The position numbers were made by a program, and so were the translations under genes. A stretch of DNA of 64,000 bases from Dendrobates tinctorius (Eukaryota). Within the stretch, counting starts at the first letter, position 1; each line of letters opens with the position of its first letter. Positions 25,615-37,759 of the stretch are shown here, in pieces. Under the pieces are notes generated by a model that was not told the DNA's origin, searched no databases, and worked only from the letters and a program-made list of their open reading frames with translations. The stretch is from NCBI RefSeq assembly GCF_039654945.1, contig NW_027361697.1, forward strand, positions 30,132,001-30,196,000, in the 5' to 3' direction.

Positions 25615-26500
25615 TAGAGATGAGCGAACATGTTCGGAAAACGTTCATCAATCTCAAATTCGGCACGAACGTAGCACATCCGGATTCATGATTGCTTTCA
25701 CGAGCATTTTTCCTCAAAGTCGGCAAAAGTCGATCACAGTTCGGTAAATCATCGCGTTTCCACTAATGATTTTGCTATTTCTTTGGTTAGAATAGTGGTG
25801 CTGTATAATGAGTGGAGGGGACGGGGTACGGGTTTGACGAGGGAAGGGTGTGTGTCTAGGTCAGAGGAGCATGTGGAGAGGTTACAGCAGTGGCCGGCTT
25901 TTTTTTTTGTATTTGTTTGTTTTTCTTCCCTTAAGTTTTTGTGTGTTGATTTCGGCAACCAATCAGGACGCAGAAACCATCCACAATGTCATGACACAAG
26001 GGCTTCTGTGATTGTTTGCCGAAGTCTCATGTCCCAGGTCATATAAAAAGCGGACACCTTGTTTTGCTGGTGCCATTTGCTCAGTGTCACAGTGCAGAGA
26101 GGTCGCTGGTGCTGAAAGTGAACTTATCCTGTGTGAAATCGATCTTCCAGCATCAAAGTAGATTGTGCAAAAACTGTGTGGAAGTTTTCGGAAGCCCCAT
26201 TAGCTGCTCCAAATCATTTGCGCAAAAACGGTGATTCAGTGGCAAATCAGAAGGCCAGATTTCCATGTAAAAATCATTAAGCCTGCTACAGTGGTGCAGC
26301 CACGAGGCCCAATTAGCAACTCCAAATCATTTGTGCAAAAACTGTGTTTCAGTGGTAAATCAAAAGGCCAGATTTCCACTTAAAAATTGTTAGGCCTAAT
26401 TTTGTGTTGCAGCCACGACGAGGCCCAATTAATTACCATACTCCAAATAGTTTGTGCTAAAACTGTGTTTCAGTGTCAAATCAGAAGGCCAGTTTGTAGA
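25615..26500. mobile_element. hAT-like element terminal fragment with about 115-125-bp internal repeats
   Basis: TAGAGATGAGCGAAC terminus with TTCGG/CGAA subterminal motifs; three repeats of CTCCAAAT...CAGTG...AAATCA...AAGGCCAG. Confidence 0.5.
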
Positions 26501-27343
26501 GAGGAGCTGAGTTGATAAAGAACTTACAATATGGATTCAATAGAGCCTGGCAGGTGAAGAAGAGTTAGGTTTGACAGAATAACCAAAATCTGGTGAAGCT
26601 AAAGTGGATACACACTCTTATGAAAGTTTCCTTAACAACGTGAAGACTTTTCTGCACAGATTCCTTCCTTCATTCTTTTCTCTATATTCACCTCTCCTCT
26701 TTATTCTCTTTCTCTTTACTTGTCCTCTGTATCCACTGTTTCTCATTACTTCGCCACAACCCAGCTTGACAGCGCAGTGCTCTTTAGCAAGAGTCCTTTA
26801 CTCGATCCACGGTTTTGCACCTTCTCTCCCCTTAACGCCTTTCCGACATCGAGCATAATAGTACGCCGATGTTGGACACCCTCCCTTTGATGTGGGGTGG
26901 GCTACGGCGGTGAGCTCACATCACTTCCAGCATATGTCAGCTGTTTTAAACAGCTGATATATATGCCTTAAACAGCCGCGGGTGGAATCGTGATCCAACC
27001 GTGGCTGTTAGCCCGTTAAAAGCCTCTGACAATCTCTGATAGCTGCATTTAACACACGCTTCCGGCAAGCGCACCGGAAATCCCGCCCAATGGCGCCTGT
27101 GTCACATGACCATGGGTTGGCATGACAACCAGAGGTCTCCAGCAGACCTCTATGGTTGTCACTGCCGGATTGCTGTGAGCACTGCCCGGTGTCGGCATTC
27201 ATGGCAAGTCAACAGTTCTGCTACATACAGGCGATCTGATCATCACCTGTATGTAGCAGAGGCGATCAGGTTATGGCAGCTTCTAGTCTACTATGGAGAC
27301 TATTGATGCATGCCACAAGTAAAAAAGTTTTGAAAAATATTAA

Positions 27344-30300
27344 CCCCTTTACCCTCAAGGGTGGTTTGCATGTTAACGACCAGGCCAATTTTTACAATTC
27401 TGACCACTGTCCCTTTATGAGTTAATAACTCTTGAACGCTTCTATGGATCCTGGTGATTCTGACAATGTTTTCTCATGACATATTGTACTTCATAATAGT
27501 GGTAACATTTTTTTGATATGACTTGCATTTATCTGTGAAAAAAAAGGGAAATTTGGCAAAATTTTTGAAAATTTCGCAATTTTCCAACTTTGAATTTTCA
27601 TGCCCTTAAAACAGAGATATATGTCACACAAAATAGTTAATAAATAACATTTCCCACATGTCTACTTTACATAAGCACAATTTTGGAACCAAAATGTTTT
27701 TTATTTGGAAGTTATAAAGGTTAAAAGTTGACCAGCGATCTCTCATTTTTACAACACCATTTTTTTTTTAGGGACCACATCACATTGGAAGTCTCTTTGA
27801 GGGATCTATATGATAGAAAATACCCAAAAGTGACATCATTCTAAAAACTGCACCCCTGAAGGTGCTCAAAACTACATTCAAGAAGTTTATTAACCCTTCA
27901 GGTGTTTACAGGAATTTTTGGAATGATTAAAAACGATGAACATTTAACTTTTTTCACAAAAAATTTACTTCAGATCCAATTTGTTTTATTTTACCAAGGG
28001 TAACAGGAGAAATTGGTCTCTAAAAGTTGTTGTACAATTTTTCCTGACTATTTTGATACCCCATATATGCAGGTAAACCACTGTTTGGGCACATGCCAGA
28101 GCTCGGAAGGGAAGGAGCACCGTTTGACTTTTTCAACGCAGAATTGGCTGGACGCCATTCATCTTTTGAATGTTTTAAAAAAATGAACATTTAACTTTTT
28201 TTCACAAAAAAAATTAATTCAGGTCCAACTTTTTATATTTTACCAAGGGTAACAGGAGAAATTGGACCTCAAAAGTTATTGTTCAATTTGTCCTGAGTAC
28301 GCTGATACCTGATATGTGGGGGGAACCACTGTTTCAGTGCATGGCAGAGCTCGGAAGGGAAGGAGTGCCGTTTGACTTTTTCAATGCAAAATTGGCTGGA
28401 ATTGAGATCGGACGCCGTCGCATTTGGAGAGCCCCTGATGTACCTAAACAGTGGAAACCCCCCACAAGTGACACCATTTTGGAAAGTAGACCCCCCTAAT
28501 GAACTTATCTAGATGTGTGGTGAGCACTTTAAACCCCCAAGTGCTTAACAGAAGTTTATAATGTATAATGTAAAATTCTTATTTTTTTCACAAAAATGAT
28601 CTTTTCACCCCCAATTTTTTATTTTACCAAGGGTAACAGGAGAAATTAGACCCAAAAGTTGTTGTGCAGTTTGTCTTGAGTATGCTGATCACCCATATGT
28701 GGAGGTAAGCCACTGTTTTGGTGCATGGCAGAGCTCGGAAGGGATGGAGCACCCTTTGACTTTTTCAACACAGAGGTGGCTGAAATTGAGATCAGACTCA
28801 TGTCGCGTTTGGAGACCCCCTGATGTGCCAAAACAGTGGAACCCCCTAATTCTAACTCCAGCCCTAATCCCAACCCTAAACATAACCCTAACCACAAACC
28901 TAACCCTAACACACCCCTATCCCTAATTCCAACCCTAACTCTAATCCCTAACCCTAATCCCAATCCTAACCCTAATCCCAACTCTAACCCTAACCCTAAC
29001 TTTAGCCCCAACCCTAACCCTAACTTTAGCCCCAACCCTAACCCTAACTATATTCTCAAACCTAACTCTAACCCTAGCCCTAACCCTAACCCTAATGGGA
29101 AAATGGAAATAGATGCTTTTTTGTATTTATTTTTCCCTAACTAAGGGGGTGATAAGGCCGGGTTTGATTTACTATTTATAGCAGGTTTTTATAGCGGGTT
29201 TTTATGTTTGGCAGCTTTCACACACTAAAAGATGTTTCTTATTGCAAAAAAATAGTTTTTGCATCACCACATTTTGAGAGCTATAATCTTTCCATATTTT
29301 AGCCCACAGAGCCATGTGAGGTCTTGTTTTTTGCGGGACGAGATGACGTTTTCAATAGTACTGTTTTCGGGCACATGACATTTTTTGATCGCTTTTTATT
29401 ACGATTTTTGGGAGGCAGAATGAAAAAAAACAACAATTCATGAATTTCTTTTGGGGGGGCATTATACCGTTCCTCGTGTGGTAAAATTGATAAAGCAGCT
29501 TTATTCTTCGGTTCAGTACAATTACAGCGATACCTCATTTATTTTTTTTATGTTTTGGCGCTTTTATACAATAAAAACAATTTTATCTAAAAAATAATTA
29601 TTTTTGCATCGCTTTATTCTGAGAGCTATAACTTTTTTATTTTTTTGCTGATGATGCTGTATGGTGGCCTGTTTTGCGGGACAAGATGATGTTTTCAGAA
29701 GTACTACATTTATTTATATCAGTCGTTTTGATCGCGTGTTATTCCACTTTTTGCTCGGCAGTATGATGATAAAGAATTTTTTTGGGCTTGTTTTCTTTTA
29801 ATGGTTTTCACTAAAGGGGTTAGCTAGTGGGATAGTTTTATAGGTCAGGCCATTACAGACGCGGGGATACCAATTATATAAACTTTTAATATTTAGATTT
29901 TTTTTATTCAAATATTGATTTGATGTTAGAATAAATATTGATTTTTTTTATTATTATTTTTTATTATTTCTTTAAATATTTTTACAATTATTTAAAATTG
30001 TATTTTTTATTTAATTCTTAGTTTTACACTTTGTCCCACTATGGGACACTCATTTGCAGGCTGATCGCTTCGATACAATGCAGATCTGCATGTTATAGAA
30101 GCTGTCAGCACTGCAGCTTCTGTGCACTGACCTGTGAGACTTCCTGACATGAGCTGCGCATGGCAGGAAGTCTCTCAGGCTTGGAGACCCGGATGTTGTC
30201 ATGATGATATCGGGCCTCCATGACAGCGATTGGGACCGCACAACATGCCACGGGGTCTCCGATCCAAAGGCAGAGGGGCTATCACAGCTGACAGCCCCTC

Positions 30301-30548
30301 TGCCTGCTCCCAGAACGCTGTGATCATGTTTGATCGCAGTGTGCCGGGGGTTAAAGCACCGGGAGCGGTCCGTGACCACTCCTGGCACTTAGTGCTGGGT
30401 GTCAGCTGTGAGAATCAGTTGACACCCGGCCATGATCAGCCGCGCTCCCCCGTGAGTGCAGCTGATCGATGATGACATACTATTCCATCCTTGGGAATTA
30501 AGTCTCAGGGCACATGGATGGGAGAGTACGTCATCTGGCAGAAAGGGG
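27344..30548. mobile_element. piggyBac-like non-autonomous element (3.2 kb) with internal repeats and a telomere-like tract
   Basis: TTAA|CCCCTTT ... AAAGGGG|TTAA; three internal copies of ACCAAGGGTAACAGGAGAAATT...GAGCTCGGAAGGGA; no transposase ORF. Confidence 0.85.
28844..29096 (+). repeat. Degenerate (CCCTAA)n telomere-like hexamer tract
   Basis: About 40 hexamers in phase, with CCCCAA/CTCTAA/TTTAGC variants. Confidence 0.9.
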
Positions 30549-30780
30549 TTAAAAAATAAAATAAAAATAAAAGTTCAAATCATCCCCTCTTGCCCCATTC
30601 AAAATAATACAATAAAAAGATCAAACATACAAATATTTGGTATCGCCGCATTCAGAATCGCCCAGTCTATCAATATAAAAAAATAATTAACCCGAACACA
30701 AACGGTGTAACAAGAAAAAAGTCAAAATGCCAGAATTACTTTTTTTAGTCGCAGCAACATTGCATTAAAATGCAATCAAA

Positions 30781-31185
30781 GTATGGAGATCCAGCTCAAC
30801 GAGATAGTGAAAAAATTCTTCTTTTATTCACTTAAAATATTTCCAGTAGAGGATAAAAACATCAGCAAGAACAATTAAGTGGAAATGCGATATCAACGCG
30901 TTTCTGGTGAACTTGCGCCCTTAATCATGATATCTAAACATTGACTTGCTCAACACTTATATGCTCAGATCCGGTTAACATACCGGTACGATGATTAATT
31001 AGCTGAGAAAATTGAAAACGTGAAAAACAAACAGATTAAAATAAGGACTTTGGCTTTGAGGACAATATCCAATATTATACAATACATATTAGACGAAGCA
31101 GCACAAAAAATTTCCAGAGAACATACATAGTTCAGACACAGAATCCATTAAAATAGATAAATCCACGAGTACTAAGATAACAAAG
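30781..31185 (-). mobile_element. Penelope-like non-coding fragment
   Basis: Carries a hammerhead-like motif followed (minus strand) by AATAAA and GAGCTGGAT, the same layout as the other HHR-bearing fragments. Confidence 0.5.
30889..30934 (-). ncRNA. Variant minimal type I hammerhead-like motif (A3:U8 core), partly decayed
   Basis: GATATC-AUGAUUA-A-GGGCG(CAAGUU)CACCA-GAAAC-GC-GUU-GATATC. Confidence 0.5.
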
Positions 31186-31673
31186 TAAAGTAATAGACAA
31201 CCATTATTTCTTATATTTAGGGACTCTATAGCGACGGGGTCTGTTCCACAGGACTGGCGCATAGCAAATGTGGTACCAGTATTCAAAAAGGGCTCTAAAA
31301 ATGAACCTGGAAATAACAGGCCAGTAAGGCTACTTTCACACATCAGGTTTTCGGCGTCAGGCGCGTTCCGGCGTCGTGCCGGAGCGCCGGATCCGGCAAA
31401 TGTTTTGTAAAACCGGTTGTGACGGATCCGGTTTTCTGCCGGATCCGTCTTGCGCTTGACAGCCAAAACCGGATCCGTCTCATCTGGTTCATCCGGTTTT
31501 CGATCTGTTTTTCGACGGATTACGCCGGATCCGGTTTTTAAAATCGCCCCTTGTGGCCTTCCGAACGGGATTGGCTACTGAAAAACTATATATAGCGTGT
31601 TCCTACAGCCCTTCTTTGACAGGTTGTAGAGGAGAAAGTGCAGTTTGGAGAGAAGAGCAAGTTACTGGCGAAG

Positions 31674-33056
31674 ATGGATGTTGTGATTGGAAATATTTTG
31701 AAGAATTTGGCGGATTTTACAGCGGAGGCGAATCGTTTGAGGGTAATTGTTCTGGAGAAGGAGAGAGCGAGACAGCAGCGCATCAGGCATCGTAGACGAC
31801 GTTTGTGGATCCACCCCATCACAGCCAAGAGAATGATGCGTGGGGTCTATTCTACACTCTGCATGGACCTTAGACGAAACCCGGATAAATTTTTTGGATA
31901 TGTTCGGATGAAATTGGAGAATTTTGATTACTTGGTGGAGCGCATTGCACACCTCATAAGAAAATCGGACACCTATTGCCGCTTCTCTGTTTCACCCGCA
32001 GAGCGTCTGATGGTGACTTTAAGGTAAGCCACATTTATTGGATATGCTCGCATCAGAGCACACTTTCACTGCAATCTTGTTGGTGGTAGTTTGCATCTCC
32101 AAGTGTTATAGCTGAGTTTTGGTATGTAATGCTGTGATTTTAAACTAATTGATTGTTTTTTAATTCCCCACAGATTTCTTGCAACTGGAAAATCCCTTTC
32201 GTCACTGCATTTCCAGTACAGACTTGGGATTTCCACCATATCTGGAATAGTGAAGTACACATGCCGTGCACTGTGGGACTCCTTAGCTGAAGAGTTTTTA
32301 CCAGAGCCCACAACAGAGAGGTGGATTGAAATTTCAGAAAAGTTTCAACAGATATGTCAGTTTCCGAACTGCTTGGGCGCTGTGGACGGGAAACATATCC
32401 GCATTGTAAAGCCAGCCAGATCGGGATCGGAATATTTCAATTACAAGAAATATTTTTCAATTGTCCTCATGGCCATAGCTGACGCGGAATACAAATTTAT
32501 TGCTGTTGATATTGGGGCCTATGGCCGCTCCAATGACTCTCAAGTTTTCAAACTGTCTGCCATGGGGCGTAAAATGTATGGAAACACCTTCCAGTTCCCA
32601 TCCCCTAGACCGCTGCCGCAAACATCTGGTCCGCCTATGCCATTTGTCTGTGTAGGGGATGAAGCCTTCCAGCTGTCAGAACACCTTTTGAAACCATACG
32701 GAAGCAGAGGATTGTCAAGAACAAAACGCATTTTTAATTACCGCCTCACAAGAGCAAGAAGAATGGTTGAATGTACCTTTGGTATTCTGACAGCCAAATG
32801 GCGGGTCCTATTGACTGCGATCAACCTCAAGACAGAAACTGTGGATGAGGTGATCAAAGCTTGCGTGGTACTCCACAATTTTGTTATCTGCAAGGAACCC
32901 ATTTCCATTGAGGACACTTCTGAAGAAACCATCTTGCAAGATTACCATGACATTACCACTAGAAGTTCTGTGACGGTTTCAGTAATGAGGGACAATTTTG
33001 CACTATACTTTATGTCACCTCAAGGCAGAGTACACTGGCAGGATAACAGAGTGTGA
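31674..33056 (+). CDS. Harbinger DDE transposase (DDE_Tnp_4/HARBI1-like), 2 exons 31674-32023 and 32174-33056, 410 aa
   Basis: GT-AG intron joins ERLMVTLR to FLATGKS in frame; catalytic GAVDGKH, GDEAF and RMVECTFG motifs; upstream TATA near 31587. Confidence 0.93.
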
Positions 33057-33555
33057 AAGATTTGTGCCCTTAACCAAACTTGTGTACCTTCTGTACCAAC
33101 AGTATATACCTTTGCCAACCAAAGTTGGCTATCTTGTCATGGTCTTAATATTTTTACCTTTAGACCACAGGTGTGTACCGGGTTGTGTTTTATGCAAAGT
33201 ATTTCACCTTTTAACAAAAGTTGTGTACATTGTTAGGAAATCACCAACAATAAACACAACTTTTTAGGTGAAATACTTTGCTTCAAACACAACCAGGAAC
33301 ACAACTGTGGCAAAAAGCTAAAATTTACCCACAGTTATATACCTGGTTTTGAATACCTTTTTACCTTTGAAATACCTGTATTTAACCTTTTTTTTAAACA
33401 TATTTCGCCGCAGAAAGAAATGACAGACAACCATTGTAAAACGATAATTTAACTTTTATTTAAAAATTTTTTTTTTGTAAAATGTTTTTAAAGTTAAAAA
33501 AACTTTTTTAATAAAGGTTTTAAACCAAATGGGCATTTTTATTACAAAACACACA

Positions 33556-36077
33556 TTATAAATTGGTGTAGTGTGGGCTGGAAATACTGCTGGAGGGGCT
33601 GCGGGACACTTCGACACTGGGAGTGTGGAGAGAGGACTGGGATCGTGGTGGGAAAGGAACAGTTAGAGGTGAAGGTGTGGAAAAAGCTACAGAATGCATG
33701 GACATGTGGGAGGCAGAAGAGGTGGTGGGCGGTGGAGTGGAGGGTTGGGCAGGGACTGTAGGAGCAGATGATGTTGATGGAAAGTTGTATGGGGAAGGAG
33801 TTTGGTACGGGGAAGGAGTTTGGTATGGGGCAGGTTGCTGGAAGTGGGGAGATGTCTGGTACTGGGGAGGTTGCTGGTACTGGGGAGGTTGCTGGTACTG
33901 GGGAGGTTGCTGGTACTGGGGAGGTGGCTGGTATGTAATAGGAGGGGGAGGATGGAAAGTGGCTGGAGGGGGTGCAGGTGGAGGAACTAATGGGGTGGGA
34001 GGAGGAGGTTGGGAGGTAACGTGCTGGAGAGCACCGTGGCATGAATGCATTACATGCATCTGCTGGCTAGGAGAGAGCGTTTCCATGCGTTCCACAACAG
34101 ACCTGAAAAAGGTGTGGTTTGGCGAAGATCTTGCTTCTGAATGCATGGTTTGCAGAAGTGTCTTCACCTCCAGAATGCTGGAGTTGATCTGCTGAAAGCC
34201 TGCGGAGATTTGCTCTGACAAGACTTTTAGACAGTTCTGGAAAGATGCATTCAGATGCAAGAACTCTGGCGCATAAGTCTTTTCCTGACCCCTCTGCTGC
34301 TGCCGCCCAGTACCCGCAGGTGTACTAGAGGTGGCAGGGGCAGAAGGGTGCGGTAAAGCGATCTCCTCACCAGCAGCTTCATGTAATGTAGGCGGCCACG
34401 ATGCTCCTGTGCTGGTGGATGGGACAGATGGGTCGAATGTGTGGGAAGGCTGGGAAGGTGCAGATGTACCAGGGCGGTCGAAGTGTCCCTCGGTGCCGGT
34501 CTCCTCAGGGATCGCCTCAGAAGGGTCCAATCGTGCAGACTCCCGAGTGCTGCTCACCGTGCTGTGGAATAAAGAGAAAAAAAAACAATTAAAATAGTGA
34601 CATGGCATGGCCCTGGCTGAAAAAATTTTTTTACATCTAAACATTGTTTTTTCACATGTGGTGTGTAATATTTACCTTCTAGTGACCATTGTAATCCGGA
34701 GGAACGACAGGGCTCGTGCGTACTTGTACTTGCTCCTGCGTCCTCCAGATCCACTCGGGGCCCGCATCTCTTTATTGAACTCCTTCTTGAAACGATCCCT
34801 CACAGACTGCCACCGCTTCACAATTCTGTCCCCTGAAACGAGAAAGGACAAAGTGGTTAGTATACAACATCAGTGTTTCCCAAACTCCAGTCCTCATGGT
34901 CCCCAGGGGTCATGTTTTCAGGATTTCCATAGTAAATAGAAATCCTGAACACATGATCCGTGGGGACCACGAGGACTGGAGTTCAGGAAACACTGGTTTA
35001 CATCAAGCAACCGGTACTATATATACTTACGCTCTTTAATCTGGGCCCGAGCATCGAGGTCCTCCCAGCGGCCCACAAGGAGCGAACAGATTTCCTCCCA
35101 GAGTCGTCGGGTAGCAATCAGGTCAGCATGGCGGCGGTCAGCCATATTCCATAGCGGCTCCCTTTCTCTGACGAGATCGATGAGGTGGTCCACATCAATT
35201 CCTCCATCGTCACCGTCTGAGTCGGGAGCACGCTGTGAAGGCTGTTAAAGTAAAATAGAAAAATAGCAAAATTAGTCACCACACTTTAAGACATGAAATA
35301 AAAAGTGTACCAAAATTTAACTTAAATATTATACTTACACGCTGGTGACCGCCGCGTTGCTGTCGCCAACGACCCTGGGAGGCACTGCGAGGACCTCTTG
35401 GCCGAGCACCAGATTGGGAAGACTAGAGAAGAAAAGAAAAAAATTTATGTGTTTGGATGTTGGCATTTGTTTGCTGTGTGAGGTCTGCGGTACATTGTTT
35501 TCTATGTGTTGTGTGTAGTGTGATGTTGTGTTTCTGCGTTTGATGCAAAAAACTTACCAATTGTGAGCCCACTCCAGGTGTCTGTCCACCCCTTCCTTCT
35601 TCTTCTGAGAGCTCCTCTTCAGCTTGTGATTCCTGTTTTGAAATAAAAGGCAATGAATAGACATATATTACAGAGATGATGGATTTTGGAAATAAAAACT
35701 TACCGTCAAATGCTGACGATGCGAGGGAGGGCTCCCAGAAGAAGATGTGCTGTCATGTTGCTGGCCAGACTCCATGGCTGTGGGTGGTGCTGCTGCTGTT
35801 GCTGCTGCCAGTGCTGCCAGGGCTGTTGCTGCTGCTGCATCTCTTGGGCGGCTGTTGAATAAAGAGAAACAAAGGGCCAATGAATATCTTGATATTCCAT
35901 GGCCCTAGTTTTGAGGAATGGGGGATTTGATAATTACCGTCTCTCATCTGCTGCTGGACTCCCCTCCCATTGTTCAGCATGTTCCCTTTGCTGCTCCATT
36001 TGGGGTGGTGGTGGTGCTGATGGTGCTGCAGTGGTCTCCTGCCTTCTCCTGCGCCTGGTTGCTGTCTTTGGTGGCAT
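33556..36077 (-). CDS. Harbinger MADF/Myb-SANT DNA-binding partner with BESS-like motif, 7 exons, 606 aa
   Basis: Exons 36077-35938, 35851-35704, 35632-35558, 35422-35339, 35241-35031, 34832-34676 and 34561-33556 are all GT-AG and in frame (1821 nt); LIDLVREREPLWNMADRRH...LWEEI...KRWQSVRDRF is MADF-like; NHTFFRSVVERMETLSPSQQMHV is BESS-like; the first two exons are less certain. Confidence 0.85.
34871..34995. mobile_element. 125-bp palindromic hAT-like MITE in an intron of the MADF gene
   Basis: CAGTGTTTCCCAAACTCCAGTCCTC ... GAGGACTGGAGTTCAGGAAACACTG; no clean 8-bp TSD. Confidence 0.75.
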
Positions 36078-37759
36078 GTTGGGTGTGGCTGAGGGTCCCA
36101 CTGTCATGCTTTTATATATGTTTGCTGTGGGCAGAGCTACTGAGCATGCTCAGACCCAAAAAAATGGATCCGGCGCATTCCGGTGCTCATAGACTTTCAT
36201 TGTGTGAAAAAGCCGGACGCGCCGGATCCAGCGTGTCCGGCTTTTTCGCCGGAGACAAAAAACGTTACAGTAGCCGTTTTTTCCAGACGCCGGATTGCGA
36301 CACATTGCCGGATCTGGCAAAAACCGGATGAATCGCACGGCCATCCGGTGCAATCCGGCGCAAATGCAAGTCAATGGGGGGGAAACCGGATCTGGCATTG
36401 CATTTCACCGGATCGCGCCTGACGGCGAAAACCTGATGTGTGAAAGAGGCCTTAGGCTAACCTCTACTCTTGGTAAAATATTTGAAGGGTTTCTGAGGGA
36501 TGTTATTCCGGATTATCTCAATGAGAATAACTGTTTAACTCATATCAGCATGGGTTTCTGAGGAATCGCTCCTGTCAAACCAATGTAATCAGTTTTTATG
36601 AAGAGGTAAGCTATAGACTGGAACAAGGTGAGTCATTGGACGTGGTATATCTTGATTTTTCCAAAGCGTTTGATACCGTGCCACACAAGAGTTTGGTACA
36701 CAAAATGAGAATGCTGGGTCTGGGGGAAAATGTGTGTAAATGGGTAAGTACCGTAATTGGCTTAGTGATAGAAAGGAGAGGGTGGTTATAAATGGTATAT
36801 TCTCTAACTGGGTCGCTGTGACCATTGGGGTACTGCAGGGGTTGGTGTTGGGACCTATTCTCTTCAACATATTTATTAACAATTTGGTAGAAGGTTTACA
36901 CACTAATATATCGATATTTGCAGATGATACAAACTATGTAAAGCAGTCAATACAAGAGAAGATAGTATTCTGCTATAGATGGATCTGGATAAGTTGGAAA
37001 CTTGGGCTGAAAGGTGGCAGATAGGGTTTAACAATGATAAATGTAAGGTTATAGACATGGGAAGAAGGAATCAATATCACCATTACACACTGAACAGGAA
37101 ACCACTGGGTAAATCTGACATGGAGAAGGGCTTGGGGATCCTAGTTAATGATAAACTTACCTGGAACAGCCAGTTCTAGGCAGCGGCTACCAAGGCAAAC
37201 AGGATCATGGGGTGCATTAAAAGAGGTCTGGATACACATGATGAGAGCATTATACTGCTTCTGTACAAATCCCTGGTTAGACCGCACATGGAGTACTGAG
37301 TACAGTTTTGGGCACCGGTGCTCAAGAAGGATATAATAGAACTAGAGCAAGTACAAAGGAGGGCAACAAAATTAGTAAAGGGGATGGGGGGACTACAATA
37401 CCCAGAGAGGTTAGCAAAATTAGGATTATCTAGTCTAGAAAAAAAGATGACAGTCACAAGGGGGCATTCTCTGCGTCTGGAAGAGAGAAGGTTTTTCCAC
37501 CAACATAGAAGAGGTTTATTTACTGTTAGGGCAGTGATAATCTGGAATTCCTTGCCTGAGGAGGTGGTGATGCAAACTCAGTTGAGGGGTTCAAGAGAGG
37601 CCTGGATGTCTTCCTGAAGCGTAACAATATTGTATCTTACAGTTATTAGGTTCTTTAGAAGGATGTAGATCTGGGGATTTATTCTGACGGAATATAGGCT
37701 GAACTGGATGGACAAATGTCTTTTTTTGGCCTTGCTAACTATGTTACTATGTTACTATC

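Larger units (their letters stand above)
26836..30780. mobile_element. Outer TTAA-type non-autonomous element (one terminus seen), interrupted at 27344
   Basis: TTAA|CGCCTTTCCGACATCG start; AT-rich sequence continues after 30552. Confidence 0.55.
31328..36451. mobile_element. PIF/Harbinger transposon 2 (5124 bp), apparently intact and autonomous
   Basis: TIRs GGCTACTTTCACACATCAGGTTTTC and GGCCTCTTTCACACATCAGGTTTTC; TAA/TTA flanks; CCGGATCCGG subterminal arrays; two uninterrupted spliced ORFs. Confidence 0.96.
31186..37758 (+). mobile_element. 5'-truncated CR1 LINE (RT region), interrupted by Harbinger-2
   Basis: PQDWRIANVVPVFKKG...NNRPV|LTS..GKIFE across the insertion; YLDFSKAFD, QGLVLGP and FADDT motifs; (CTATGTTA)n 3' tail. 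Confidence 0.9.

Noticed and set aside
28646-29144. GL-repeat and PN-repeat ORFs
   Set aside because: Translation artefacts of the CCCTAA tract.
31674-33056. Possible host gene HARBI1 (domesticated transposase)
   Set aside because: Flanked by TIRs and TWA duplication, paired with a MADF gene and inserted in a CR1, so it is a transposon copy.
33623-34195. 190-aa Gly/Trp/Cys-repeat ORF on the + strand
   Set aside because: Antisense shadow of the QQPPQY repeat in the MADF gene's last exon.
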